From the NCBI GenBank assembly GCA_041288045.1, contig JBGGMM010000209.1:1-52709 (forward strand): a DNA stretch of 52,709 nucleotides, written 5' to 3'. The position numbers and the translations under genes were made by a program. Under the pieces are notes generated by a model, which saw only the letters and a list, made by a program, of their open reading frames with translations, did no database searches and was not told the origin of the DNA. Shown here piece after piece: positions 39,856 to 50,172 of the stretch. This DNA is from Pseudobdellovibrionaceae bacterium. GTDB taxonomy: Bacteria; Bdellovibrionota; Bdellovibrionia; Bdellovibrionales; Bdellovibrionaceae. Each line of letters begins with the position of its first letter. The stretch's first letter is position 1.

Positions 39856-41158
39856 GATTCCCCTCCTGCCGTGTGGGCAGGCGCAGTCGCACCAACGCCC
39901 CACCTTGCGGATGATTTTCGATCACAAACTCGCCTCCGTGCTCAATTTCGATAATCTCTTTGCAAATCGCCAAACCCAACCCAGATCCTTGTGAACCCTT
40001 GGTTGTAAACAGAGCCTCCGTCACACGTGGCAAAATCTCTGTTGGGATGCCAGGGCCATGATCGCGAATGCTGATTTCAATGGTGTCCTGATCCAGCTTA
40101 CCAACCGAGAGATCCAATTGACCACCCTGAGGCATGGCGTGAGTGGCGTTGATAAAAACATTCATAAAGACTTGAACGAGAGAGTGACGATTGGCCTCGA
40201 GCAGAATCTGTTCCCACTTTTCTTTCTGCACTTGGATTCTGCATTTTTTAAATTGATAGCCCATCAGATCCAAAGCTTCTTCCAAAGGCTGAAGAATTTG
40301 AACGAGTTTATGCTCGGAACCCGTCACTCCCCCTTGCGCCAATTTCTTGAATCGTCCCAAAACACTGCTGGCTGTATCCGAAGCCTTGAGAATGGTTTCC
40401 AGTGCTTCTTTCATTCGTTGAGGCTCGTTTTTTAAAACGGCTAATTCTGCATGACCGACAATTTGCATGAGCAAATTGCCAAACTCATGAGCAACACTTC
40501 GCCCAACGGCCGCAACCGTGTTGGCTCTTTCGTTTTGCAAAAGCATTCTTTGCGCATCGGCCAGTTGCTCTTCATGCCACTCTTTCATTCTCTGCAAATT
40601 CCAAAGTGAAGTGATGTTTCTGGCTTTTTGAATGATTTCACCATCGGTGAAGGGTTTATTGATATAGTCCCAGCGATCGGATTTGTCCTCGCCCAAATAC
40701 TCGTTGATCGAATCCACACTGCGATCTTGATAGGCTGTTACAAATACTGCGAACAAATTGGAATCCAGGCTCTGCAATTGTTTGACGAGCTCAATCCCAT
40801 CAATATCGGCTCCCATCAACACATCGAAAAATCCCATCGCAAATGGCCGCCCCTCAGCCAGCGACTCCTTCACCGCATCGAGAGCTGCCTGGGGATCATG
40901 GACCACAGTGAGTTCATAATCCGTCGGCGATTTGGAATTGGGCATTGCCGTCGGCGCCGAGGCTGGAGCCGGGGCGCTTCGACTGGATCTGCGGAAAGGA
41001 ACGACATTTGAAACTTCCGGAGACAAAAGTGCTCGAATTCCTTCGGCGATTGCCGGCTCGTCATCGACAATCAGAATGCGGCGATTGAAAACCGGTGCCG
41101 TTTTTGATTTAACAGTTTGTTGCGAATCGGGCTTGAGATTCTTAGCAGCTTCGCTCAC
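39833..41158 (-). CDS. Hybrid REC-HisKA-HATPase kinase
   Basis: ILIVDDEP...FFDVLM...YINKPF, VAHEFGN, NVFINATHAM, DHGPGI, GSGLGL. Confidence 0.9.
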   Translation of the reverse strand: MSEAAKNLKPDSQQTVKSKTAPVFNRRILIVDDEPAIAEGIRALLSPEVSNVVPFRRSSRSAPAPASAPTAMPNSKSPTDYELTVVHDPQAALDAVKESLAEGRPFAMGFFDVLMGADIDGIELVKQLQSLDSNLFAVFVTAYQDRSVDSINEYLGEDKSDRWDYINKPFTDGEIIQKARNITSLWNLQRMKEWHEEQLADAQRMLLQNERANTVAAVGRSVAHEFGNLLMQIVGHAELAVLKNEPQRMKEALETILKASDTASSVLGRFKKLAQGGVTGSEHKLVQILQPLEEALDLMGYQFKKCRIQVQKEKWEQILLEANRHSLVQVFMNVFINATHAMPQGGQLDLSVGKLDQDTIEISIRDHGPGIPTEILPRVTEALFTTKGSQGSGLGLAICKEIIEIEHGGEFVIENHPQGGALVRLRLPTRQEGNHGKHDEA

Positions 41159-43242
41159 GCAGCAGCCCCCTTGTTGTTTGCAATTGCAATTGGCAGATGA
41201 ATTTTGAAAACTGTTTTTTGCAGTGGCTCAGAAGAGACAAATTCAATATCCCCGCCATAGCCTCTGACAAATCGACGGCTGATTCCGAGCCCAAGGCCAG
41301 TGCCCTCGTCCGGGGATTTGGTGGTGAATTGGCTTTCAAACAAGCGGTTTTGGTTCTCCGGAGAAACTCCGACGCCTGAGTCTTCAATGTAAATATGCAG
41401 CTGGCCCTTCACAAGTGCTGTCACCAAACGCAGACTTCCCTTTTTCCCGGACTGAATTTCAGCTTCATGAAGAGCTTGCAGAGAATTTCGCATCATATTG
41501 GTGATCGCTTGCACGAATTCGTCACGGTCCACCATCACAGTGTCTTTTTCGGAATGAAATTCCTGCAGAATTTTGTAATCTCGCTGCTGAAAGAGATCGG
41601 CCATGATATGACAGCAGTCTTTTAAAATCTCGTGTGCGGAGTGGGCTCGTTTGTCAGAGCGGATATTGGAAAGCTTTCTCATTCCATTGATGATCTTATT
41701 GATCCGAGCTCCTTCTTTGATCAAAAACTGAGTGTCCAAATGCAAAGCTGAAAACTGAGTCTGCATCTGGGCTTCAAGGCCATGAATATTTTCAAGATCC
41801 TCTTTCCATAAATTCATTTCTGGATTCACCGTCGAGGGCTTTTTCCAATTCTCAACCAGCAAGTCAAATCCGCCATGAGAAAAATCTTTTTCCCAGGCAT
41901 GAGAAATATCAGTTAGAACCTGCAGTTGCGGAGTCATTTCGGATTTGATCTTTCTCTCCATGATTCCAACCCGAGTCAGCAAGCTGGTGAGAGGATTCAA
42001 AACTTCATGGGCCGCGCGACCGGCAATCTCCCCAGCCGAAGCCAGACGAGTGGTTCGGATCAAAGCCTCTTGCGCTTCTTTGACTTTGTGGTTTTGCTCT
42101 TCCAATTGCTGAGTGCGCTCTTTGACTTTTTGATCCAAATCGCGATTGATTTCTTCAAGCTGATCCCTGGATTGCTTGAGATCGACGATCATTTGGTTGA
42201 AGCTTGAAGCCAAAACCGCCGTTTCGTCTTTGGTAGAAATCGGGATCTGAGTCGTCAAATCCCCTTGTGAAACCAAACTCATGCGCTCAACCAATTGCGC
42301 CAAGGGCTCTGTGAGTGAGCGCGACAGAAGAACCGCAGCCAAGAATGCGGCTGTGATAATCATCAAAGAAAAGATCAAAGACCTTTCCACCAGCTGGCTC
42401 ACCACGAAAAAAGCATCTGCTTCAGAGGCCTGCGCTAAGACCACGGCCTTTCCACCTTTGGTTTTTGAAAAAGCTCCCAGGACTTTTTCCCCTTGCGATT
42501 CAAAATTGATCACTTGGGTTTTAGTCTTGGCGTCCATGGCAGCCAGAAAAAGAGGGTTTGAAATGATCAGGCTTTTTTCTTTCAGAGTTTTCGCGTCCGG
42601 ATGGGCGAGGATCTCGCCTTCACGGTTGGCAATTGTGATTTCGCTGAGCTTCACCAAAGAAAGAGCTTTTAAAATCCGGTCGATTTTCACATAGCCAACG
42701 ACAGCCATTTGATCAATGGCGACACCTTGGCCGTCTTCAACCACCACACTTCGGCCAAAGCCAATCAGCGGCGGTCCCTCTTGGGTTGTGGCATTCCAGA
42801 TGGCATCGCCGTTTTTAAGGATATTCGAGAAAGGAACTGGCCGTTCCTGGCTGATGTCTTTTTCAAAGTACTCGCTCTTGAGACCATAGGTTTCGCGAAA
42901 ATTTTTGCTCTCGTATTTCCGAATGATCTCGGCTCCATTTTTCTTATAAAGAGAAACAAAGACGACGTCTGAATCATTGGCAAATAGGTCACCGATCCAG
43001 CGCGCCTGAGGACCCGAAGAAAGAACCGCAAAGAGTTTGAATTTATCGGAAATCCCCTCAAACTGGGTGTCGAGCTCAGAGGCCAGATTGGACACTTGGC
43101 TTTTGTTCAAATCAAAAACCAATTCTTCTTTGTCAGACTTAAAAACTTTCACAGCAATCAGAAGATAAATGCCCACACAAGCTGCGAGCAACAGACTCAT
43201 GACCACGAGAAACTTATAACGAATTGAGAATCCTACCTTCAT
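41155..43242 (-). CDS. Membrane sensor histidine kinase (periplasmic Cache-like domain, HAMP, HisKA, HATPase)
   Basis: Two TM helices, HAMP (LTEPLAQL...DETAVLASSFNQM), AAHEVLNPL, DSGVGV, GTGLGL. Confidence 0.92.
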   Translation of the reverse strand: MKVGFSIRYKFLVVMSLLLAACVGIYLLIAVKVFKSDKEELVFDLNKSQVSNLASELDTQFEGISDKFKLFAVLSSGPQARWIGDLFANDSDVVFVSLYKKNGAEIIRKYESKNFRETYGLKSEYFEKDISQERPVPFSNILKNGDAIWNATTQEGPPLIGFGRSVVVEDGQGVAIDQMAVVGYVKIDRILKALSLVKLSEITIANREGEILAHPDAKTLKEKSLIISNPLFLAAMDAKTKTQVINFESQGEKVLGAFSKTKGGKAVVLAQASEADAFFVVSQLVERSLIFSLMIITAAFLAAVLLSRSLTEPLAQLVERMSLVSQGDLTTQIPISTKDETAVLASSFNQMIVDLKQSRDQLEEINRDLDQKVKERTQQLEEQNHKVKEAQEALIRTTRLASAGEIAGRAAHEVLNPLTSLLTRVGIMERKIKSEMTPQLQVLTDISHAWEKDFSHGGFDLLVENWKKPSTVNPEMNLWKEDLENIHGLEAQMQTQFSALHLDTQFLIKEGARINKIINGMRKLSNIRSDKRAHSAHEILKDCCHIMADLFQQRDYKILQEFHSEKDTVMVDRDEFVQAITNMMRNSLQALHEAEIQSGKKGSLRLVTALVKGQLHIYIEDSGVGVSPENQNRLFESQFTTKSPDEGTGLGLGISRRFVRGYGGDIEFVSSEPLQKTVFKIHLPIAIANNKGAAA

Positions 43243-43350
43243 TGATAACCTCACGCCAAACGTGTTTGACACGTCCACCTCTTGTCTTCGACAAAAGCTG
43301 GAAAAGACTTAACAAATTGGTAAGGTCTGGGTGGGCTTTTCGCTAAGTCA

Positions 43351-44586
43351 TTAGCGAGGCGTTCTCAGGGCACGTTCATCACTCACAGCCGTTTGTCCAC
43401 CTGAAGAAACCGAAATCCCTTTAAAGGCATAAAGAGTATTGGCCAAAAGTCCAGTCACTGTCACCGTGTGATTCTTGACTCGATTTGGATCCAGAGTCGT
43501 CCTGAAAACGACTCCTGTCCCCACATTGCGAACTTCGACCTGAGAATCCGAATCGACATTGGTCTGCCAATTCAAAGTGACCGAAGTGCGAGTCACACCT
43601 GTCGTCTGAAAGCCAGTGATTGAGAGCGTTTCTTCCGCTGGCACGCAGGGGTTTGAAGCTTGCTCTGGGAAATAATAATTTTCATTCTCAAGCACTTTCC
43701 AATTTCTTGAAAGCAGCTCATAAAAAGGTGACTTCGCCGCAGTCGGAACCACTGTTGAATTGAAGAAGAGCGAGTTGCCAGATTGACCACACCGAGGGTC
43801 ATTCACAGGAAGATCCGGATCGGTGCCATCAGGCAATGGTCTCCACATCACGACTAATGAAATGTGATAACGAGGTCCTTGATAATAATCCAAAGTGAAG
43901 GGCAGCTTCGTGTCCCTTTGCATGTTCACAGTCTGCAGAGGACAAGCCATGCGAGTCGAATGCTCGCCATCATTACTGATAATGGTGGTCTCACCGCCAC
44001 TGCCATTCGAAACTCGCATCACAGCCCCATCATCAGAGAGAATGGCGATCTGATAAAGACCGGGATTTTCATTGGCTGCCAACTGCAATTGACCGGAAAA
44101 ACGCAGAGCAAAGTATTCGTACATGGGCTCGTTGCGATGATTGAGAATCACATCCCCAGTTTCGGTCATAAAGCCCAAATCAAAAGCTCGCGTCGGTACA
44201 AAAAGCCTGTCGAAATAAAGAGTGCTCTCGACAATATTTCCAATTGTAAAATAGTCGGCCACTCTCTGGATAGAAGGCTGACCATTGCGCGGTGGCATCG
44301 TATCATCCAACCACACCATATTCGCAATCACTCCCCGATCCCGAGCTGCCGGAGAATTGGAATTAAAAGGATCACAAATCGTTCTTTCGGGACTCGTTAA
44401 AGGAGGGAGAGGTTGACCTGGTGTTGGCTCATTCACAACAGTTGTGCCAGATTCAGATCCCTGACTTGTCTCATTTGGACATGCTGTCAGAAGCTGTGTC
44501 AGAGCGAGAAGCAGCACAACTATAAAAATCCCCAGACAGCGTTTTTGGGCTAACTGACTCGATTTTAAAACTGTTAATGCTTTCAT
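43351..44586 (-). CDS. Putative lipoprotein with PA14-like and fibronectin type III domains
   Basis: Lipobox LLTAC; FALRFSG, LSDDGA, NDGEH, LDYYQGP (PA14-like); VTLNWQT...HTVTVTGLLANTLY (FN3). Confidence 0.8.
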   Translation of the reverse strand: MKALTVLKSSQLAQKRCLGIFIVVLLLALTQLLTACPNETSQGSESGTTVVNEPTPGQPLPPLTSPERTICDPFNSNSPAARDRGVIANMVWLDDTMPPRNGQPSIQRVADYFTIGNIVESTLYFDRLFVPTRAFDLGFMTETGDVILNHRNEPMYEYFALRFSGQLQLAANENPGLYQIAILSDDGAVMRVSNGSGGETTIISNDGEHSTRMACPLQTVNMQRDTKLPFTLDYYQGPRYHISLVVMWRPLPDGTDPDLPVNDPRCGQSGNSLFFNSTVVPTAAKSPFYELLSRNWKVLENENYYFPEQASNPCVPAEETLSITGFQTTGVTRTSVTLNWQTNVDSDSQVEVRNVGTGVVFRTTLDPNRVKNHTVTVTGLLANTLYAFKGISVSSGGQTAVSDERALRTPR

Positions 44587-44804
44587 AAACCACCAACCAT
44601 CAGCTAAAAATATCAACAATTCCACCTTACATTTTACTCTCCTTAAAAAAAGAAGGTGCGAAATACCTCAAACTGTCCCAAAAGCGATGAAGTTTTGAGC
44701 CGAACCGGGACCATTCCCAAAGCGAGATAATCATTCCAAGATTCGCCCCGGAATGAGATGAAAAACAGAAAAAACTAAAGTTGACGACCAGAACAATAAC
44801 CACC

Positions 44805-45041
44805 GCTTTGCTGTATTTGCCTTTGTATTGTAGGTTTTCTGGAAACTCGCCGCAGGCGAGCCCCAAAGGGGTGAGGCCTGGATGGCCGAATTTCCAGAAA
44901 AGACGGACATGGACGTTCACGATCAGACAAAGACGCGAGCTTCGCACACCTCGTCTCAAGCACAGCGGTGCCGATGATAAACGTGAGTGTGTCCGTCCAT
45001 GCGAAGGCTTCCAGACGACCATCGTGGTCGTCTGGCAAGTG
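44805..45041 (-). repeat. Dispersed structured repeat, copy 4 (most complete, inverted orientation)
   Basis: Its reverse complement contains, in order, all modules shared among copies 1-3. Confidence 0.9.
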
Positions 45042-45171
45042 ATTTAGGACATCAAATTTGAAGTTTTATTTTTTTATGATGCGGATCTGCACTCTGATTA
45101 CCGTCTGCTTTTAGACAGACGATAACTGGAGTGCTGATTTTTGGTGAATCATTTGGCGCCAGCGGATCTGA

Positions 45172-47106
45172 TCAATAGCTGGCGTTGGCTGAGGGGATCA
45201 TCAGCTTGCTGCCGACGAAGAGTTTTCCGCCTTTGGGGAGTTTGTTCCCTTCTTTCAAAGCGGTGAGTGGGATCTGATATTTTTCGGCGATTTGTGTGAG
45301 GTTCTCTCCCCGCTTAACGACGTGAACTCGTGGACGGGGTGATTTCTTTTGAGCGACTTCGTTGTTCTGTGGAGATAACTGCAGCCGAGTTTTATCTTGG
45401 CGACTGTCGCGCTTGGTTTGTGGCATTGGCTCTGGGATCACGAGTTTGGATCCGACTTTTAAAACCGTGCGCTTCGACATGTTGTTTACTTGGCGGATCG
45501 CTTTGATAGTCACTCCATAGCGCTTGGCGATTGTCGTGAGATTTTCACCTGGGCGGACCACGTGAGAGGCTTCCGACTGCGGATCGCGACGGCTGGAAGT
45601 GCGATCTTCAAAAGTGGAAGATGAATCCGCATCTTTATCAGCAATGACTTTGTCTGGTGCTTTGGCTCCTGATGGATCAGCCGGCAGACCTTCATCCTTC
45701 GGAACTCGCAATTTCATTCCAGCTTTCAAGATAGAACCGCGGGACATTTTGTTCATGCGACGAAGCTCTTCGATGCTGGAGTTGTAATCATCAGCGATCT
45801 CAGTCAAAGTGTCGCCCGGCTGAACCACATAGAAGACACCTTTTTTGGTGACGATCTCAGGAGTGATTGTGGCCTTTTCAACGTCTTCTTTTTTATCTAC
45901 TTTTTCAACTTTGGCTACGACTGTTGCCTTCGCTGGTTGAGACTTTTTAGCATAAGTGCGATCAGGAACCTGAAGTCGCTGTCCAATTCGAAGCTTTCGT
46001 CCCTTTTTCAGATCATTGGTGTCGCGAAGCCAAGCCACAGTGGTTCGGTAGCGCCGAGCAATTGTGTAAAGACTATCACCTGAGCGGACTTTGTAGATTT
46101 CGGTTTCACCGGCATCAGCAACAAATTCAACTTTTTCAACAGCAGCTGCTTGAGCGGCCACGAGACCTTTTTCGGTTTGCCCCAGCGGAACTCGCAATTC
46201 AAGCTGCGAACCTTTGAGCGGCGCAATTTCGCCTTTGAATTTGGGATTGAGCTGTTTCAAATCATCGTACTCGAGTCCCATTTGCGCTGCCATCACTTGC
46301 AAGTTGACGGGTCTTGAAACTTTGATGTGTTCAAATTCAATCGGCGTCAGGTAATCCAAATTGGTGAAACCATATTTTTCCGGTTCATTGCCGATCAGCT
46401 TCGCTGCGATGAATTTTGGAATGTAATTGATGGTTTCTTTGGGAAAGCGTCGCTTCCGAGCCAGCTCCCAGAAATCCCGCGTGTAGTGATTCATCACTTC
46501 GCGCTTCACTCGGTTTTCGCCGACATTGTAAGAGGCCATGGCCAGATACCAACTGCCAAACACACTGTAAAGGCCTTTGAAATATTCAGCTGCGGCTTGA
46601 GTGGAAAGAACCGGATCGCGCCGCTCATCGATCAAGGGATTGACCTCAAGTCCGTAGCGTCGACCAGTGCCTTTGATAAATTGCCAGTAACCGACAGCGG
46701 CTGCATGGCTGGTCGCCTTTGAACTAAAACCAGATTCAATCAGAGCAATGTAAACCAAATCTTCTGGCAAACCATTTTCACGCAGGATTTTTTTCATCAG
46801 CTTCATATAGCGAGTGCTGCGAGAAAGATAGCGCTCCATGTGCGGACGGCCCTTACCTTGAAAGTAGGCGATCCACTTTTCAACCATGGGATTGATCTCA
46901 GTTGGAATTTGCTCCAGCTCTTCAACCACCACTTTGGGACCTTCCGGATCCGTCACCCGAAAGGAATCGGGCTCGGTGAGCTTGACCTGAGGAGCATCAG
47001 ATCCCGCACTTTCTGATTGCGAAGATTTGTGAGCACAGGCTGAAAAGAAAACGGCCAAAAGCGCCGCCATCACGACTTTGAAGAGGGATTTTTGAGAGAT
47101 CATCAT
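45172..47106 (-). CDS. MltD-like lytic transglycosylase lipoprotein with four LysM domains
   Basis: Lipobox FFSAC; ALIESGF, AVGYWQF, ASYNVGE; four V..G(D/E)xLxxIAxxY LysM repeats. Confidence 0.93.
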   Translation of the reverse strand: MMISQKSLFKVVMAALLAVFFSACAHKSSQSESAGSDAPQVKLTEPDSFRVTDPEGPKVVVEELEQIPTEINPMVEKWIAYFQGKGRPHMERYLSRSTRYMKLMKKILRENGLPEDLVYIALIESGFSSKATSHAAAVGYWQFIKGTGRRYGLEVNPLIDERRDPVLSTQAAAEYFKGLYSVFGSWYLAMASYNVGENRVKREVMNHYTRDFWELARKRRFPKETINYIPKFIAAKLIGNEPEKYGFTNLDYLTPIEFEHIKVSRPVNLQVMAAQMGLEYDDLKQLNPKFKGEIAPLKGSQLELRVPLGQTEKGLVAAQAAAVEKVEFVADAGETEIYKVRSGDSLYTIARRYRTTVAWLRDTNDLKKGRKLRIGQRLQVPDRTYAKKSQPAKATVVAKVEKVDKKEDVEKATITPEIVTKKGVFYVVQPGDTLTEIADDYNSSIEELRRMNKMSRGSILKAGMKLRVPKDEGLPADPSGAKAPDKVIADKDADSSSTFEDRTSSRRDPQSEASHVVRPGENLTTIAKRYGVTIKAIRQVNNMSKRTVLKVGSKLVIPEPMPQTKRDSRQDKTRLQLSPQNNEVAQKKSPRPRVHVVKRGENLTQIAEKYQIPLTALKEGNKLPKGGKLFVGSKLMIPSANASY

Positions 47107-47161
47107 CTTTTCAGCCTACCGAAAAGGCCCTCCCCTCGCAAATCTTGTTTCCTGAAATTCA

Positions 47162-49411
47162 TTAGGGTTGCAAAACTAGATTGGACCAAAGGACGGAGCC
47201 AAATTGCACACGACGTTGATCCGGCTCTTTGGCCTCCGCTTTCTCTGCCAATTGGTAAAGAAGAGCGTTGCGCAAAATCGCCTTGACGTAAAAACTGGTC
47301 TCATTCCAAGGCACTTCGTCAAACCACATTTCATCCCAAGGATCCGAGGAGGACTTTTTCGTTTGCTCTGAGACTTCACTTCGAGCTTCAACAAAAATTC
47401 GCATTCGAGTCGGACCAGCATTATAAGCTGCCAAGCCCAAAGGAACATTGCCGCCAAATTGTCGAATCATCTTGGCGATATAATAAGTCCCCATCTGGAT
47501 ATTGTTTTCTGGCACATAAACATCATCGGGAATGACCAAACTCTTCAAATTCAGCTCAGAAGAAATTTCTTGCGCTGTCGGACCGATGATCTGCATCAGG
47601 CCATAAGCATTGGAAGTGCTAATGGCCCGAGGTCCGAAAGCACTTTCTTGACGAATCAAACTTCGAACCAAAATTGGGCTGAGCTTCTGCCGGGCCGCCT
47701 GCTCTTGAATGACGTCTTTGTACACTTGCGGAAAGGAGAGATTCACGACATCCAAAGCTCGAAGCTCAGGATTTAAGTCCCCGGCTTCATTGACCAAGCG
47801 AATGACAGGCGGAAAAAGCTGCAGTCGATTGAATTTTTTGGCAAGTAACACTTTGATTTTTGGATCTGTCGGAACCGGAATTTCTGTGAGCTCAAGAAGA
47901 GCTTCTGCAATCCAACCATTTTGAGCCAAGAGCTCGGCTCGAGAAAGAGCTTTTTTCTGGGTTGAGCTGAGTGTGAAATTTCCCTTGAGATCGTTTCCAG
48001 CCTTCAATGGAGTGGGCCATTCCATCAGACCCGAAGTTCTTTCCATGCGAAGCCGCAGTCCATAGTAGGACATGGGATATTTACTGAGTATTTCATCCAC
48101 TTCAGAAAGAGCTCTGGTATTGCTCGTGGCCTGAAAACTGCGAGCCAGCCAGTAACGAGCATTGAGCTCATAGCGATCTGAATTTTTGGATTGCAGCAAT
48201 TTTTCAAAGCTGGCAATTGCACTGGAGGCCTGTCCCAATCGCAAATGCACAAGCCCCAGACGAAAATTAACTTCGCCCGCATCTTCCCCGCCGGCAAACT
48301 GTTCCAAATATTTTTCAAAATGCTTTTTGGCTTTTTTATATTCTCCTGAAAACTGCGCACAGCGACCAGCCATGTAAAGTAGCGAAGCTCCGGTTGAGCT
48401 TCCCGAGAGAGTTTCCAAAGATTTTTCGGCAATTTTCAAGCAACCAAAGAAATCTCCGCGTCGATGCATCTGCCGGGTCCATTCGACCTGTCGAAGTGAA
48501 TCGCTTTTTTCAATGAGGTCCAAAGCGCGATCAAGCAATGACTTGGCCTTTGAATCTTTGTTCTGATCCAAAATCCCAAAATAGATCTCCATGACTTTGT
48601 CTTGCGCCCAACGCGCCCGCCGACCGCCGGGGTATTGACGAAGATAATCAATGCAATCATCCAGCAATGTGACCAGGTCATTTGATTTCGTCGAATTTTG
48701 AAATCGTTCAGCAAAGTTGCCCTCGACTTCAGGGCCTGCATCCGATTTGACTCTCTCTTCTTCTTTCTCTTTCTTCTCATTCAAAGCAAACAGCAAGGAG
48801 TTTAATTTTTCGCGAGTGGATCTGGTTTCTTGCTCGGCCAAGCTTTGCTCATAAAAAAACTGAGCAGCTTTGGCCTGCGCCTTGGCTTGAGAAATTTCAC
48901 CTGCAGCTGAAAGCACTTTGGCTTTTTGAGCTTTATCCAGGTGATCCCTTTGCTCAAGCAAGGTTTCGATTTGCTTCCAGGCTGATTCCGACTTGGTTTT
49001 CAAAAGCAGTTCCAAAAGAGTGAGCCGTGACCGGATGGATTCAGACCACAGGCTGTTGCTCCAGGGCCCAGCAATCAGAAGATCCGTTGAAGAATCCAAA
49101 GCTTTCAAAGCGCTTTGCAGAGGGTCGGCCTGGCTTTTATCCAAAGACAGCTCTCGGGCACAGCGAAGCCAAGAGATCATCACCCAGCCTTTGATGCTGG
49201 CGAATTTGCTGCTGTTGGCCTTTCCCTGATTGGCGCATTCGGCCCACTTCTTTTCAGTCTCGGCCTTTTTTTGTGCTTGCAACTTGCTGGATTTGGCAGC
49301 GCTGGGAGCCTTCGCCAGTGAGTGCCAATCCAGCTTTTCTTCCGTGACCTGAGCAGATGAGATTTGCGTCAAAAAACCAAGTGCCAAAGCCAAGGGGGCG
49401 ATTCTCTTCAT
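47162..49411 (-). CDS. Slt70-like soluble lytic transglycosylase with TPR repeats
   Basis: Signal peptide from ATG 49411; LIRQESAF, AYGLMQI, AAYNAGP, ETSFYVK. Confidence 0.92.
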   Translation of the reverse strand: MKRIAPLALALGFLTQISSAQVTEEKLDWHSLAKAPSAAKSSKLQAQKKAETEKKWAECANQGKANSSKFASIKGWVMISWLRCARELSLDKSQADPLQSALKALDSSTDLLIAGPWSNSLWSESIRSRLTLLELLLKTKSESAWKQIETLLEQRDHLDKAQKAKVLSAAGEISQAKAQAKAAQFFYEQSLAEQETRSTREKLNSLLFALNEKKEKEEERVKSDAGPEVEGNFAERFQNSTKSNDLVTLLDDCIDYLRQYPGGRRARWAQDKVMEIYFGILDQNKDSKAKSLLDRALDLIEKSDSLRQVEWTRQMHRRGDFFGCLKIAEKSLETLSGSSTGASLLYMAGRCAQFSGEYKKAKKHFEKYLEQFAGGEDAGEVNFRLGLVHLRLGQASSAIASFEKLLQSKNSDRYELNARYWLARSFQATSNTRALSEVDEILSKYPMSYYGLRLRMERTSGLMEWPTPLKAGNDLKGNFTLSSTQKKALSRAELLAQNGWIAEALLELTEIPVPTDPKIKVLLAKKFNRLQLFPPVIRLVNEAGDLNPELRALDVVNLSFPQVYKDVIQEQAARQKLSPILVRSLIRQESAFGPRAISTSNAYGLMQIIGPTAQEISSELNLKSLVIPDDVYVPENNIQMGTYYIAKMIRQFGGNVPLGLAAYNAGPTRMRIFVEARSEVSEQTKKSSSDPWDEMWFDEVPWNETSFYVKAILRNALLYQLAEKAEAKEPDQRRVQFGSVLWSNLVLQP

Positions 49412-49482
49412 AGCAACTCCAAAAGGTTTTATTCTGAAATAAATGCTTCCCACATGCAAGTCTCGAAGACTAAGTTCAGGCG

Positions 49483-50172
49483 ATGAAAAAAGTGAGCCTC
49501 ATTGTTCCTCTGCGAAATGAGTCCCCGCTTTTGCAACGGGGCCTGCAAGATCTGGAAAGTTTCATTCAAAAATTTCCTTTGCAATGGGAGCTGATTTTAG
49601 TCATTGACCCCAGCCAAGATGACACGCTCGAAAAAGCCCGCCAGTTGAAGTCAGAAAAAATAAATCTGCAAGTGCTTGAAAATGCAAAGCAACTGGGGCG
49701 AGGACCCAGCGTCAAAAAGGGTCTCCAGGCAGCTCAAGGTGATTTTGCCATGGTGTTTCCATTGGATTTCACGATTCCATTGGCGGATCTCTTTCAGTTC
49801 CTGCAGGAATTGGTGCTCCACCCAGAAATTGATTTGGCTGTGGGAAATCGCCACACGTCGCGAAAAAAACGCGAAGCGCCCCGGCGCAGTCCTTGGCATT
49901 GGACATTGGAAAATATTCTGGCGGAAAAATTGCGAGCCCTTCCTCAGCAAGATCCCATCTGTCCTTACTTGGTCTTTCAAAAAAAAGCTTTGGATCAACT
50001 GCTGCCAGAACTGCAATTAAAAGCTTGGTTTTACACTCCAGAAATTCTGCAGAAAGCGCGTGAAAAAAATCTGCGCATCAGTGAAGTTCCCGTTCTTTCC
50101 AGAGACCATAGAAAAAGTCAGATCCCTCTTTTTAAGGAATATCTTCGCTGGTTTTATTCTCAGCCAGTTTAA
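49483..50172 (+). CDS. GT2 family glycosyltransferase-like protein (polyprenol-phosphate hexosyltransferase-like)
   Basis: VSLIVPLRNE, DPSQDDT, GRGPSVKKGLQAAQGD, DLAVGNR, ISEVPV. Confidence 0.75.
   Translation: MKKVSLIVPLRNESPLLQRGLQDLESFIQKFPLQWELILVIDPSQDDTLEKARQLKSEKINLQVLENAKQLGRGPSVKKGLQAAQGDFAMVFPLDFTIPLADLFQFLQELVLHPEIDLAVGNRHTSRKKREAPRRSPWHWTLENILAEKLRALPQQDPICPYLVFQKKALDQLLPELQLKAWFYTPEILQKAREKNLRISEVPVLSRDHRKSQIPLFKEYLRWFYSQPV

Noticed and set aside
45172..49411. Tandem lytic transglycosylases as a prophage lysis or novel system
   Set aside because: Ordinary MltD- and Slt-type cell-wall enzymes with export signals; no phage genes nearby.
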